A DNA stretch of 32,000 nucleotides from Wolbachia endosymbiont of Dirofilaria (Dirofilaria) immitis (GTDB lineage Bacteria > Pseudomonadota > Alphaproteobacteria > Rickettsiales > Anaplasmataceae). Below, piece by piece: positions 18,956 to 27,724 of the stretch (position 1 is its first letter; each line of letters begins with the position of its first letter). The DNA is taken from assembly GCF_013365455.1 (NCBI RefSeq), contig NZ_CP046578.1, positions 630,001-662,000 of the forward strand, read 5' to 3'. The notes under the pieces were generated by a model, which was not told the origin of the DNA, did no database searches, and saw only the letters and a program-made list of their open reading frames with translations. The position numbers and the translations under genes are program-made.

Positions 18956-18993
18956 GAGAATATATTCCATATTTAAAATATGGAATATATTCT
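18956..18993 (-). terminator. perfect 38-bp palindrome (19+19) immediately downstream of the OMP gene; probable transcription terminator hairpin
   Basis: GAGAATATATTCCATATTT/AAATATGGAATATATTCTC, read directly from the sequence. It begins 8 nt after the TGA stop (19001-19003, minus strand). There is no clean U-tract, so its role as an intrinsic terminator is inferred. Confidence 0.5.
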
Positions 18994-19000
18994 CAGCTAA

Positions 19001-20863
19001 TCAGAAAGAAAACCTTATACCAGTAAGAAAGAGCAGCCCTTGATTAGGTGCAGCAGTATACTTCTCTTTGTACCCTTTATCATCAGTCATAAAATAATGA
19101 AGGACCGCATAAGGGATAAACTTACTTTTACTGCAAGTAGAAGAGAGATCATATTGAACACCAAGTGCAATATCATAAAGCTTATTTCCGTTACCTGTTT
19201 TACTACCAAAGTAAGTCAAACTTGTGTAGAGGTTATCATACTGATAACTAGTACCTGCAGTCCAATACATAGTGCTTTTATCATCTCCTTCAAATTGAGC
19301 CCCCAACCCTTCCATTTTTTCTCTATTACCACCAATAAAACCGTTAATCTCAATTTTCTGATAGTTACCATCAATTAACTTTTTAATATTCTTCGGTTGA
19401 TCAGATTCGCCTAAATATGCAAAGGACGCAGCAAATTTCACGCTTTCATCCTCGTTAATTTTATAGTCAGCACTTACACCTAAATTAACGCCTACTAGAT
19501 TATCATATTCTATATATTCATTATAAAAGAGTTGAGCTTCATCTAGTTGTTTCGGTAAACCATATTCACCAACTACAGAAGTTTTAACTTTCATATTATA
19601 TTTACTAAAATCATATTCATACGATACACCAGCGCTTACTATATGCTCATAATCTGGACCGATATGTCTTTTATTCTCTACAATAAATAAATTACTACCA
19701 TAGCGAGGTGAGTAGCCAATACCAAATTTTGCACCCATATAATTCGGTGAGTAGTAAGCAACTCTAAACGGCAGTGTAGTCATAATATCTTTATGGTATT
19801 TTCCTGCCATATAGAAAGAGAACATTTCGCTTCCACTTGAGAAACTTTCAGTGTGAAGGCGTGGTGTCACATAAAATGGAAAATTTTTACTAATCCCTTC
19901 TAAGTTTACTTTTCTAAACCAGTTGCTATCTGCAGCTCCATCAACGGTCGCAATTCTCGTTGCATCAAGCCTCATTAAAGCTTCAGGACCAAATTGATAA
20001 CCAAGTTTTAAGTCACCATATTTTGAATTCAAAAACAAATGTGCACTTCTACCTCTTACCAAATTAATACCCTGTGAAGCCCCTTTACCTTCAGTAATTG
20101 GAACTTGGAGCTGGACATCAGCACCATAAAGAACTCCTAAATCCTCATTTTTATTTTCTGCCTTTAAATGCAACATTGCATCTGTAATCATGCCTATATC
20201 ATTACTATAATCACTAATATTTTCTATCTGCCCAAATATTGGATGTAACCCTGTCACCTGATTATAAGGATCAGTATAGCAACTTACCATATTATTATAA
20301 CACCTATAATCTTCACCACTTGGCCCCGCTTTCCCATAACCTTGGGCATCAACAACACCACCAAAAGTTATTCTCACACCACTTTTCCCTTGGCTGGTAT
20401 TAATGATATCAACTCCACTAATCGAAACGACAGGGCTTACCTTTTCTTTCTCCCCTATATGCTGATTAATAACTTTTACATTATCTTTTGTAACTTCAGC
20501 TTCAGTTTTAGTCTTCTTAGCTCTATAACTTTCTAAATTAGAACTCTTAACATCATTTAGAACTCTTGCTTCTTTCTCATTTACTAGCTTTTCCTTTTTC
20601 CTTTCAGCTGCTAGCTTTAACTCCTCTTTCTTCTTAAGTTCTTCAGCTTTCTTTTTTGGATCAGCATTACATATCCGATCCATTTTCTCCTTCAGTTTTT
20701 TATTTGATGTTTTCATAACTTCTATTTTGCCAGAAGTTGTTGTACTCTCTTGCTTTTTCACTTCCTTCATATTTTCATTAGAAAAGTCAGCAGCAAAACT
20801 ACTGAAAGAACATAAAGTTAATAAAGAAACTAGAGCAGTTTTAGCGTAGGTAGATTTTTTCAT
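19001..20863 (-). CDS. predicted outer-membrane beta-barrel (porin-like) protein with a K/E-rich N-terminal region
   Basis: 620 aa with a signal peptide, MKKSTYAKTALVSLLTLCSFSSFA/ADF. Residues about 30-140 are lysine/glutamate-rich (KKKAEELKKKEELKLAAERKKEKLVNEKEA). After that come many alternating amphipathic strands (LKLGYQF, FRVAYYSPNY, AKFGIGYSP, VSAGVSYEYDF, VGVNLGVSADYKI, LYDIALGVQYDL) and a C-terminal OMP signature ending GLLFLTGIRFSF. GGGGG lies upstream of the ATG as an SD. Confidence 0.8.
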   Translation of the reverse strand: MKKSTYAKTALVSLLTLCSFSSFAADFSNENMKEVKKQESTTTSGKIEVMKTSNKKLKEKMDRICNADPKKKAEELKKKEELKLAAERKKEKLVNEKEARVLNDVKSSNLESYRAKKTKTEAEVTKDNVKVINQHIGEKEKVSPVVSISGVDIINTSQGKSGVRITFGGVVDAQGYGKAGPSGEDYRCYNNMVSCYTDPYNQVTGLHPIFGQIENISDYSNDIGMITDAMLHLKAENKNEDLGVLYGADVQLQVPITEGKGASQGINLVRGRSAHLFLNSKYGDLKLGYQFGPEALMRLDATRIATVDGAADSNWFRKVNLEGISKNFPFYVTPRLHTESFSSGSEMFSFYMAGKYHKDIMTTLPFRVAYYSPNYMGAKFGIGYSPRYGSNLFIVENKRHIGPDYEHIVSAGVSYEYDFSKYNMKVKTSVVGEYGLPKQLDEAQLFYNEYIEYDNLVGVNLGVSADYKINEDESVKFAASFAYLGESDQPKNIKKLIDGNYQKIEINGFIGGNREKMEGLGAQFEGDDKSTMYWTAGTSYQYDNLYTSLTYFGSKTGNGNKLYDIALGVQYDLSSTCSKSKFIPYAVLHYFMTDDKGYKEKYTAAPNQGLLFLTGIRFSF

Positions 20864-23134
20864 GCAGTGCCCCCAAAAAATTTCAAAGTCATTATCCTAA
20901 ATGTAAAATAGTATAAAAGTGTTGAAAATTCAACTTAAAGCAACCTTATAGCTGAAACAAAAGTAAAATGCAACATCTTAGAAGTAACTTTTTTTAATAT
21001 ACTCTCAACATATAAGTTAATATTTTTACTTATTATTTTATATTATGATTCTATTGCTTGCCTCTGTAGAAGTAAAACTTTTCATGATAAAATAATAAAC
21101 AGAATAAAAAGCTCTTATTAAAGTACTTAATATTTATCAAAGCATTAAACAACTGCTGGTGGGTTTATAGCCAGTAAATAAAGCTACTTGATAAATTCAG
21201 ATATTTTATATAGACTTTACCCCTTACAAAATTAGTTTAATATTATAATACTAGTACAAGTTATACAAACTCCACCTCAGCTGATACCGGCAAATATAAG
21301 ATAGAAAAGTACTACAGTGAATTTGGGATCATTAAAGATGGTAAATTTACAAATACTTATAACCCAAAATGAAATCATCCTCTACTTGTTTAAGATAACT
21401 TATGGCAATAATAATCTAATATCATCCAACAGAGGATATAACACTAAAGTCAAGTTTATTCAAAGAGGGCCACAGCATTATCCCACTTTATTATAGTTAT
21501 TATAGTAGTGAAGAGTGCACTATTTTTTGCAAAAGATAGGGAAATACGTGGTGCTTTATTTATTAAAGGCTTTAATTGCACAACAACCAATGTAAACATA
21601 TTTTTATATTACCCCCCTGAGAACTTACATTCGGCAGTAGAAGAATTCATTGTACTTCTATAACTCATTTATAAATTCGTGGCTTAATCTCGCATAACAT
21701 CTTTAAACCTCATACTAAAGAATAAAGATCAGAAACTAAAGATTTAAAATAATCTCACAGGTTATAGTATAGAGGATCCATTGCTAAAATAGCTTCTCCG
21801 CTCAATAATTTAGTGGAACATATCTTTGATTAATCAAATTTCTCCAAAGAAGCAGAAAATAAACTTAAGAGTCTTATTAGATTGAGCAAGCAGGAGCTAA
21901 GTCATATAGAAGTTTCATGCTATAGAAGGCTAGATAATCAATATTAAAATGTTGATTATCTAATAATTCTCTAGGAATAACATAAAATTAAATTTTCATG
22001 CTCCATTAAGATAAAGCTCATTATTTACATCCGTTATACATATTATACATATTATATTCAGCATAAGTCAAAAAAAACTATACTATTTAACATCTCAAGT
22101 CAAACGGCACAGATTTCTTTAGCGAATTTAGAGTACTGAATGATAAACCCAGTTTAGATTGCCACCTACAAAAAATCTATAGCATTTTACTAATTCTAGA
22201 CATGTTGTGCATCACAACATCCTCTCAAAAATATGCATGTTGCCCTCACTACATAACTTGAATGTTCAAGATCATCATTTACATCCAAGTTTTTATAGAA
22301 CTCTCTTGCTACCTAAAAATCATAGTTACTAGTCAATATTTCATAACATATTTCCCAAGCATAATCATATGACTTTTCCGTTAATTTCATTTAACTAGAA
22401 TACACCTAAAACAGATCATAGACTAGGGTAAATTGAGCCATAGATAACACCATCGAAACAGCCGCCTGTAATAATTTATCCAGTATTATATAAATAAAAA
22501 AGTGAAAGGTCACATATATTTCCATCAGTGCTTTTTTTTATTGCTTTTTTTGAACAAGAATCTAACACCCCCATTACCTATGAGCATAGGATACCCAATT
22601 TTCACTTCTAGTTCTCTATTCAAGCACTTTAATTTAACCAAATATATAAACCTTAGGATTCACAGGCTCAATAACACTATAAATCTACTTAACACAGGGA
22701 GAGTTACATACCTTATATACTAAACCCCTTCTCTAGTAACATCCATATCTAAGCTTCTTTTTATCTTCCTTTACTGTTAAACTAAAAACACCAGCTGTAT
22801 TAAGTAATGCAAAAAGGATAGCAGTCACATAAACAGGAACACTACCTTTACACCTAATGAACAACTCTTCCTATCGGTCAGATAATAGCTCCATAAATTT
22901 CTATGTAAAGACATGTACCATTACAAACATGCTCAAGAACTTTAATAAAGGATCAAATAACCTAAATTTAATACTCACTCTATTCAACAAATTAAATTAA
23001 GTTTCAATGATGAAGCCATGCTTTAGCAATTTCCGCTAATTCCTCTAACTCAATTGACTAACTAACTTAACCACAAAAAAGCTGACACTTCTAAACTCTC
23101 TTCAGTATATTCTTCTATACACTTATAAAACTAT

Positions 23135-23845
23135 CTAGCATTGCATATTAACCTCTCTCTTTATCTTATATAAGTTAATCAAGTATAATGAATACAATAT
23201 CCATACAACCAAAAAAAATGTTGCATAAAACATAAACATTGCAACCAGCGGCAATAGTAGGGAACCTTCTATTGTTATTCCACCCCTTCTAAAAATACTT
23301 GTTGGCTGATGGAGAGTGGCCCACAAGTCTACAGAAAATTTCACTACAGGAATATTTATAGCACTAAAGATAGCAAATACTGCCGCCGATTTTTTAGCTC
23401 TTTCTTCATTATCAAAAATACCCCATAGGGAAAGGTACCCAACATATAGAAAAAATAAAATTAACATTGAAGTAAGCCTTGCGTCCCATACCCACCAAGT
23501 ACCCCAAGTTCCTTTTCCCCAGATGCTGCCTGTGATTAAACATATTGAAGAAAAGACTGTTCCTGCAGGAGCAGCAGCATGTGCTAAAACACTAGCAATA
23601 CTATTGTTCCACACCAAAGAAATAAAACTTAGGAATGCAATAAGTCCATATATCCCAAGAGAAAGCCATGCAGAAGGTACATGAAGATACATAATTCGCA
23701 CAATTTCTCCCTGTTTATAATCCTCTGGAGAGAAAATTAAAGCTAAAAACGTTCCAACTAAAAAACACGCAAAACACATAACTTCAAGCCAAGGCAAAAT
23801 TTTCTTAGAGAAATAAGAGAAATTTATGGGCTTTAATAAAAACAT
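23135..23845 (-). CDS. ccmC: haem exporter protein CcmC
   Basis: It has the Trp-rich haem-handling motif WGTWWVWDARLTS and six TM helices. The ORF opens at TTG 23857, but ATG 23845 (MFLLKPINF...) is more likely. Confidence 0.93.
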   Translation of the reverse strand: MFLLKPINFSYFSKKILPWLEVMCFACFLVGTFLALIFSPEDYKQGEIVRIMYLHVPSAWLSLGIYGLIAFLSFISLVWNNSIASVLAHAAAPAGTVFSSICLITGSIWGKGTWGTWWVWDARLTSMLILFFLYVGYLSLWGIFDNEERAKKSAAVFAIFSAINIPVVKFSVDLWATLHQPTSIFRRGGITIEGSLLLPLVAMFMFYATFFLVVWILYSLYLINLYKIKREVNMQC

Positions 23846-24000
23846 TTGTTTCCACAATAATTATACTAAGAATTTATCAATTAGTTTAAGCTTTATCAAC
23901 AGATAGTTTCCCCTTATTTATATAAACTAATAAATCAACACAATTTTATTAGCAAGTTATTTAAATCTATACTATTATTTAATGTAATGCTATATAAACT

Positions 24001-24822
24001 ATGACTCTTAAAAAAAAGCTTAATCTATACCTAGTATCAGATTCAAGTGGTGAAACTGTTATATCAGTTGCAAAATCAGCTCTAAAGCACTTTCGTTCCG
24101 TAGAAACGATTGAATATGTTTGGTCTTTTGTGAAAGAAGAAGAACAAATCGATAAAATTTTAGAGGAAGTCAACAAGAAAAATGATGAATGCCACTTCGT
24201 TATATGTACTATCACTGATGATAAATTAAGAAAATACTTGAAAGATAATTGTATAAAGTTAGCTATTCCTTATAGAGCAATATTGTCACATATTATTAGA
24301 GAAATCTCCTCCTATCTTGAAATTGAAAAAGACGAAAAACTTAACTTACATACTGAGATAAATAATGAATATTTTCAGCGCATTGAAGTAATAAATTATA
24401 CTATTAATCATGATGATGGACAAAATATTCAAGACATCAATAAAGCAGACATAATCTTGATTGGAGTTTCACGTACATCAAAATCCCCTACTAGTATGTA
24501 TTTAGCTTATCGAGGCTACAGGGTTGCAAATATTCCTTTTGTTAATGAGGTACCTTTTCATGTTGACTTAACAAAATTAGAGAACAAGCTAACAATAGGA
24601 CTAACAATAGATGTAAGTAGGCTAGTGGAAATACGTAAAAACAGGCTTACTTCAATCAATAACAAAGATAATAATATATATGCTGACCCCAAAAAAGTAG
24701 AAAAGGAAATTCAAAAGGCAGAGAAACTTTTTAAACAAAATAATTGGCCAATTATTGATGTTACACAAAAGTCAATCGAAGAAGTATCAGCAACAATCAT
24801 ACAACATTTTAATAAAATGTGA
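24001..24822 (+). CDS. pyruvate,phosphate dikinase / PEP synthase regulatory protein (DUF299 kinase-phosphotransferase)
   Basis: 273 aa. The N-terminus is [12 protein letters not shown], the P-loop-like motif is [28 protein letters not shown], and the ORF is collinear with the PpsR/PDRP family over its full length. Confidence 0.92.
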   Translation: MTLKKKLNLYLVSDSSGETVISVAKSALKHFRSVETIEYVWSFVKEEEQIDKILEEVNKKNDECHFVICTITDDKLRKYLKDNCIKLAIPYRAILSHIIREISSYLEIEKDEKLNLHTEINNEYFQRIEVINYTINHDDGQNIQDINKADIILIGVSRTSKSPTSMYLAYRGYRVANIPFVNEVPFHVDLTKLENKLTIGLTIDVSRLVEIRKNRLTSINNKDNNIYADPKKVEKEIQKAEKLFKQNNWPIIDVTQKSIEEVSATIIQHFNKM

Positions 24823-24890
24823 GGATTTATCAATTGACTAATTTCTTGCAAGAATCCACAATATAAGGTATTTTAGTTCTTGCTATAGAT

Positions 24891-25019
24891 ATGAAGGTTA
24901 AAGGTTCACTAAAATCCTACCGCAGTAGGGATAAAAACTGTAAAGTTGTAAGAAGAGGTAGTAAAGTTTACATTATAAACAAAGTTAAGCCAAGATGTAA
25001 AGCTCGTCAAGGTTCTTAA
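24891..25019 (+). CDS. rpmJ: 50S ribosomal protein L36 (long, 42-aa form)
   Basis: It is absent from the ORF track because it is too short. Hand translation gives [42 protein letters not shown] with a TAA stop at 25017-25019. This is the L36 pattern MKV..S.K......C.vv.R.g...vi....p..K.RQG. Confidence 0.9.
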   Translation: MKVKGSLKSYRSRDKNCKVVRRGSKVYIINKVKPRCKARQGS

Positions 25020-25336
25020 GTGCTCTGTTTTGAAATAAGGTAATAGGTTGCAATAACCATAGTGTAGTAACAGCTTGTGTAGAGCATGTTAAGGGTAGCT
25101 TTACTCACTTCTTCTCTTACACTATATTTTAGCATCAATATAATCACAGGTAAGTATGATCTATTAGCACTAATGAACTTTTAAAAAAAGAGATAAAATA
25201 CAATAAGCTTCTGCTCAAAATATTTTTCTTGAAAAGGAAAAATTGAGTAACAAAGTGCTTTTACCTCATGTGATAAAAAGCTTAGATTTAGATTATTCTT
25301 GTGAATAAATAAAAGATACTTTAGTTATACGACTTT

Positions 25337-25362
25337 AAAGAACTAATGAAAAGAACTAATGA
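25337..25362. repeat. perfect 13-bp tandem duplication (AAAGAACTAATGA x2)
   Basis: Read directly from the sequence. It is intergenic, about 95 bp upstream of the dioxygenase-like gene and 6 nt before a TTGACA hexamer (25369-25374). Confidence 0.9.
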
Positions 25363-25457
25363 TCATGCTTGACACGGAATAGCAAAGAAGTCTTATCTTT
25401 AATAAAAGAAAAAAAGCTGCTATAATCCATAGCAAAACCATCATAAATAAAACAAAA

Positions 25458-26102
25458 GTGAGAGGCATCTTATTAGTACTTTTAATGCACTGTATGCTTG
25501 AGTTATCATTATTTGCTGCTGATCCTGTTCTACTTAACTGTATAAAAACACCAGAAATTTATAATCTTGACCCACGGCCAAGAAATTTTAACTTTTCAAA
25601 TAACTTGAGAAGAAAACCAGGTTCCTCAATTAGTGCAGCAGGAGAATTAATAAATATAGTAGGTAGAATTACTGATATAAACTGTCTACCAATACAAAAC
25701 GCTGTAGTTTCTATATGGCACGCAAACTCACATGGCACAAATCATTATGATGAAAATATAAAGGAAGATAAACTTGATCCGAATTTCGCTGAGTCAGGAA
25801 GATTTATAGTAAATAACCTTGGCTACTATAGTTTTATTACAATAGCACCAGGTAAAACTGGCGATAGAGCCCCACATATCAACTTCCTAGTTCAGCATCC
25901 AGATTTCCCAGAATTCACAACACAAATGTTTTTTGTTGACTACAATTGTAATAATTGTGTTGATTCTGTCCTCAGTGACCTTATTGATAGCGGACTTGCA
26001 AGTCTATTAATAGCACCATTTACTTATAATAATAAAGCTATTAAAACTTATAAATTTAACATTACTCTAGGTGGACATAGCAAGTTTTCTAGTAAGAAAT
26101 AA
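25458..26102 (+). CDS. secreted intradiol ring-cleavage dioxygenase-like protein (protocatechuate 3,4-dioxygenase beta-subunit-like fold)
   Basis: 214 aa with a GTG start and a signal-peptide-like N-terminus, MRGILLVLLMHCMLELSLFA/ADP. The core GRITDINCLPIQNAVVSIWHANSHGTNHY...GRFIVNNLGYYSFITIAPGKTGDRAPHINFLV...TQMFF matches the intradiol dioxygenase pattern G.V.D..G.P...A.V.IW.A...G.Y...G.y.F.TI.PG.Y...R..HIHF...TQ.yF. Confidence 0.8.
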   Translation: MRGILLVLLMHCMLELSLFAADPVLLNCIKTPEIYNLDPRPRNFNFSNNLRRKPGSSISAAGELINIVGRITDINCLPIQNAVVSIWHANSHGTNHYDENIKEDKLDPNFAESGRFIVNNLGYYSFITIAPGKTGDRAPHINFLVQHPDFPEFTTQMFFVDYNCNNCVDSVLSDLIDSGLASLLIAPFTYNNKAIKTYKFNITLGGHSKFSSKK

Positions 26103-26160
26103 AACTTGTATTTTTTAGCCATTTTGGTAAATATTACCCTGGTTGAGTATGGAGCAAACA

Positions 26161-27621
26161 ATGAAGATAATGATTTCTAGAATTCTACCTAATTTTAAAA
26201 CAATAGTTGTAGGTTTATTTGAAGATAACGAAGCCATAAGTAATTGTAAGATTTTACAAGAAAAGCGGATTGTAGACAACATAAAACAATTTAGTAATTT
26301 CAATGGAGGCTTTGGTGAGTTTTTCTCTATTACTTCATCAGAAGGAAAAAATATTATGGTTATTGGGCTTGGCAAAAGAGGTGAATGGGATGGAAATAAA
26401 GAATTAAATATTGGCGGCAAGGTATATTGTGAATTAAGCAAATTAAAAATTAAGCAAGCAGTGATTTCAATTGAAGGTAATGCAGCAAATATTGCATACG
26501 GTGCACTTTTACGTAGTTTTAAGTTTGATAAGTATAAAACTAAAAAGGATGAAAAAATTACAGAAGTAGAAGAGATCATAGTGCTAGTGAAAGATGAGCA
26601 ACTAAGCAGTGCTGAAAGATCATTTGAACGTTTAAGACAAGAAGGTGAAGGCATATTTCTTGCGCGTTCTTTGATCACTGAACCACCCAACGTTCTATAT
26701 CCAGAGTCTTATGCTGACCGTATAAAAGCAGAACTTACTAAATTTGATCTCGAGATCGAAGTGCTTGATAAAAAACAGATGGAAGAAAAAAAAATGAAAG
26801 CATTACTTGGAGTAGCACAAGGAAGTAGTAAAGAGCCAAAATTAGTAGTGATAAAATGGAATGGAGTTTCAGAACAAAAACCAATAGCTTTTGTGGGTAA
26901 GGGTATAACGTTTGATACTGGTGGAATATCACTCAAACCTTCGCGTGGTATGGAGTCAATGAAATACGATATGGCAGGTTCTGCTGCTGTGGTTGGAATA
27001 ATGCGTACTCTAGCTGGACGAAAAGCAAAAGTAAATGCAATTGGCATAGTCGCGCTTGCAGAAAATGCAGTGGGTAGTAACGCTCAAAGACCAAGCGATG
27101 TAGTCACTTCAATGTCTGGTCAGACAATAGAAGTATTAAACACTGACGCAGAAGGAAGGCTCATACTTGCAGATGCTTTATGGTATACACAAGATAGGTT
27201 TTCGCCAAAATTCATGATTGACCTTGCAACTTTAACTGGTGCTATAGTAGTCGCACTTGGAAACAATGAATATGCTGGTCTTTTTTCCAATAATGATGAA
27301 CTAGCAAACTATCTCATCAATGCAGGAAATGAAGTAAATGAAAAATTGTGGCGTTTTCCTATAAATGAGACTTACAATAAAATTATCGATTCACCAATTG
27401 CCGATATGCAAAATATAGCTCCTGCAGGTTCTGGTGGGGATAGTATAATGGCTGCACAGTTTTTACAGCGTTTTGTGAACAACACTTGCTGGGCACACCT
27501 AGACATTGCAGGAACTGCTTGGCATGAAAAAGGTACTGACATTTCTCCAAAAGGAGCAGTAGGCTTCGGCGTAAGATTGCTCAATAAATTAGTCGAGAAG
27601 TACTATGAGGCAAGTAACTAA
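26161..27621 (+). CDS. pepA: leucyl aminopeptidase (M17)
   Basis: It carries VGKGITFDTGGISLKP, MKYDMAGSAAV and NTDAEGRLILADAL. The ORF opens at TTG 26143, with ATGs at 26149 and 26161. MKIMISRILPNFKTIVVGLFED (26161) looks like the native N-terminus, but the start is uncertain. Confidence 0.93.
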   Translation: MKIMISRILPNFKTIVVGLFEDNEAISNCKILQEKRIVDNIKQFSNFNGGFGEFFSITSSEGKNIMVIGLGKRGEWDGNKELNIGGKVYCELSKLKIKQAVISIEGNAANIAYGALLRSFKFDKYKTKKDEKITEVEEIIVLVKDEQLSSAERSFERLRQEGEGIFLARSLITEPPNVLYPESYADRIKAELTKFDLEIEVLDKKQMEEKKMKALLGVAQGSSKEPKLVVIKWNGVSEQKPIAFVGKGITFDTGGISLKPSRGMESMKYDMAGSAAVVGIMRTLAGRKAKVNAIGIVALAENAVGSNAQRPSDVVTSMSGQTIEVLNTDAEGRLILADALWYTQDRFSPKFMIDLATLTGAIVVALGNNEYAGLFSNNDELANYLINAGNEVNEKLWRFPINETYNKIIDSPIADMQNIAPAGSGGDSIMAAQFLQRFVNNTCWAHLDIAGTAWHEKGTDISPKGAVGFGVRLLNKLVEKYYEASN

Positions 27622-27627
27622 CACTTG

Positions 27628-27661
27628 AATACTAGAATTTAGAAAACTAAATTCTAGTATT
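27628..27661. terminator. 15-bp-stem hairpin between convergent pepA and rho; probable bidirectional terminator
   Basis: AATACTAGAATTTAG-AAAA-CTAAATTCTAGTATT has a perfect stem. It begins 7 nt after the pepA stop and ends 64 nt after the rho stop. On the + strand it is followed by TCTTATT. Confidence 0.5.
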
Positions 27662-27724
27662 TCTTATTCACTAGCACCATGCTTATAGAACAGCTATATA
27701 GCCAACCTTTCAAAATTCCTATAC

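Noticed and set aside
20921-20934. GTTGAAAATTCAAC palindrome and TTGAAT-N17-TATTTT upstream of the OMP gene, considered as operator and promoter
   Set aside because: The palindrome is only 6 bp per arm, the -10 hexamer is poor, and none of it is distinguishable from the AT-rich background.
22502-22723. 73-aa + strand ORF in the gene desert
   Set aside because: It is Leu/Phe/Asn-rich, has no SD, is surrounded by decayed sequence, and shows no recognisable motif. It is most likely a chance ORF.
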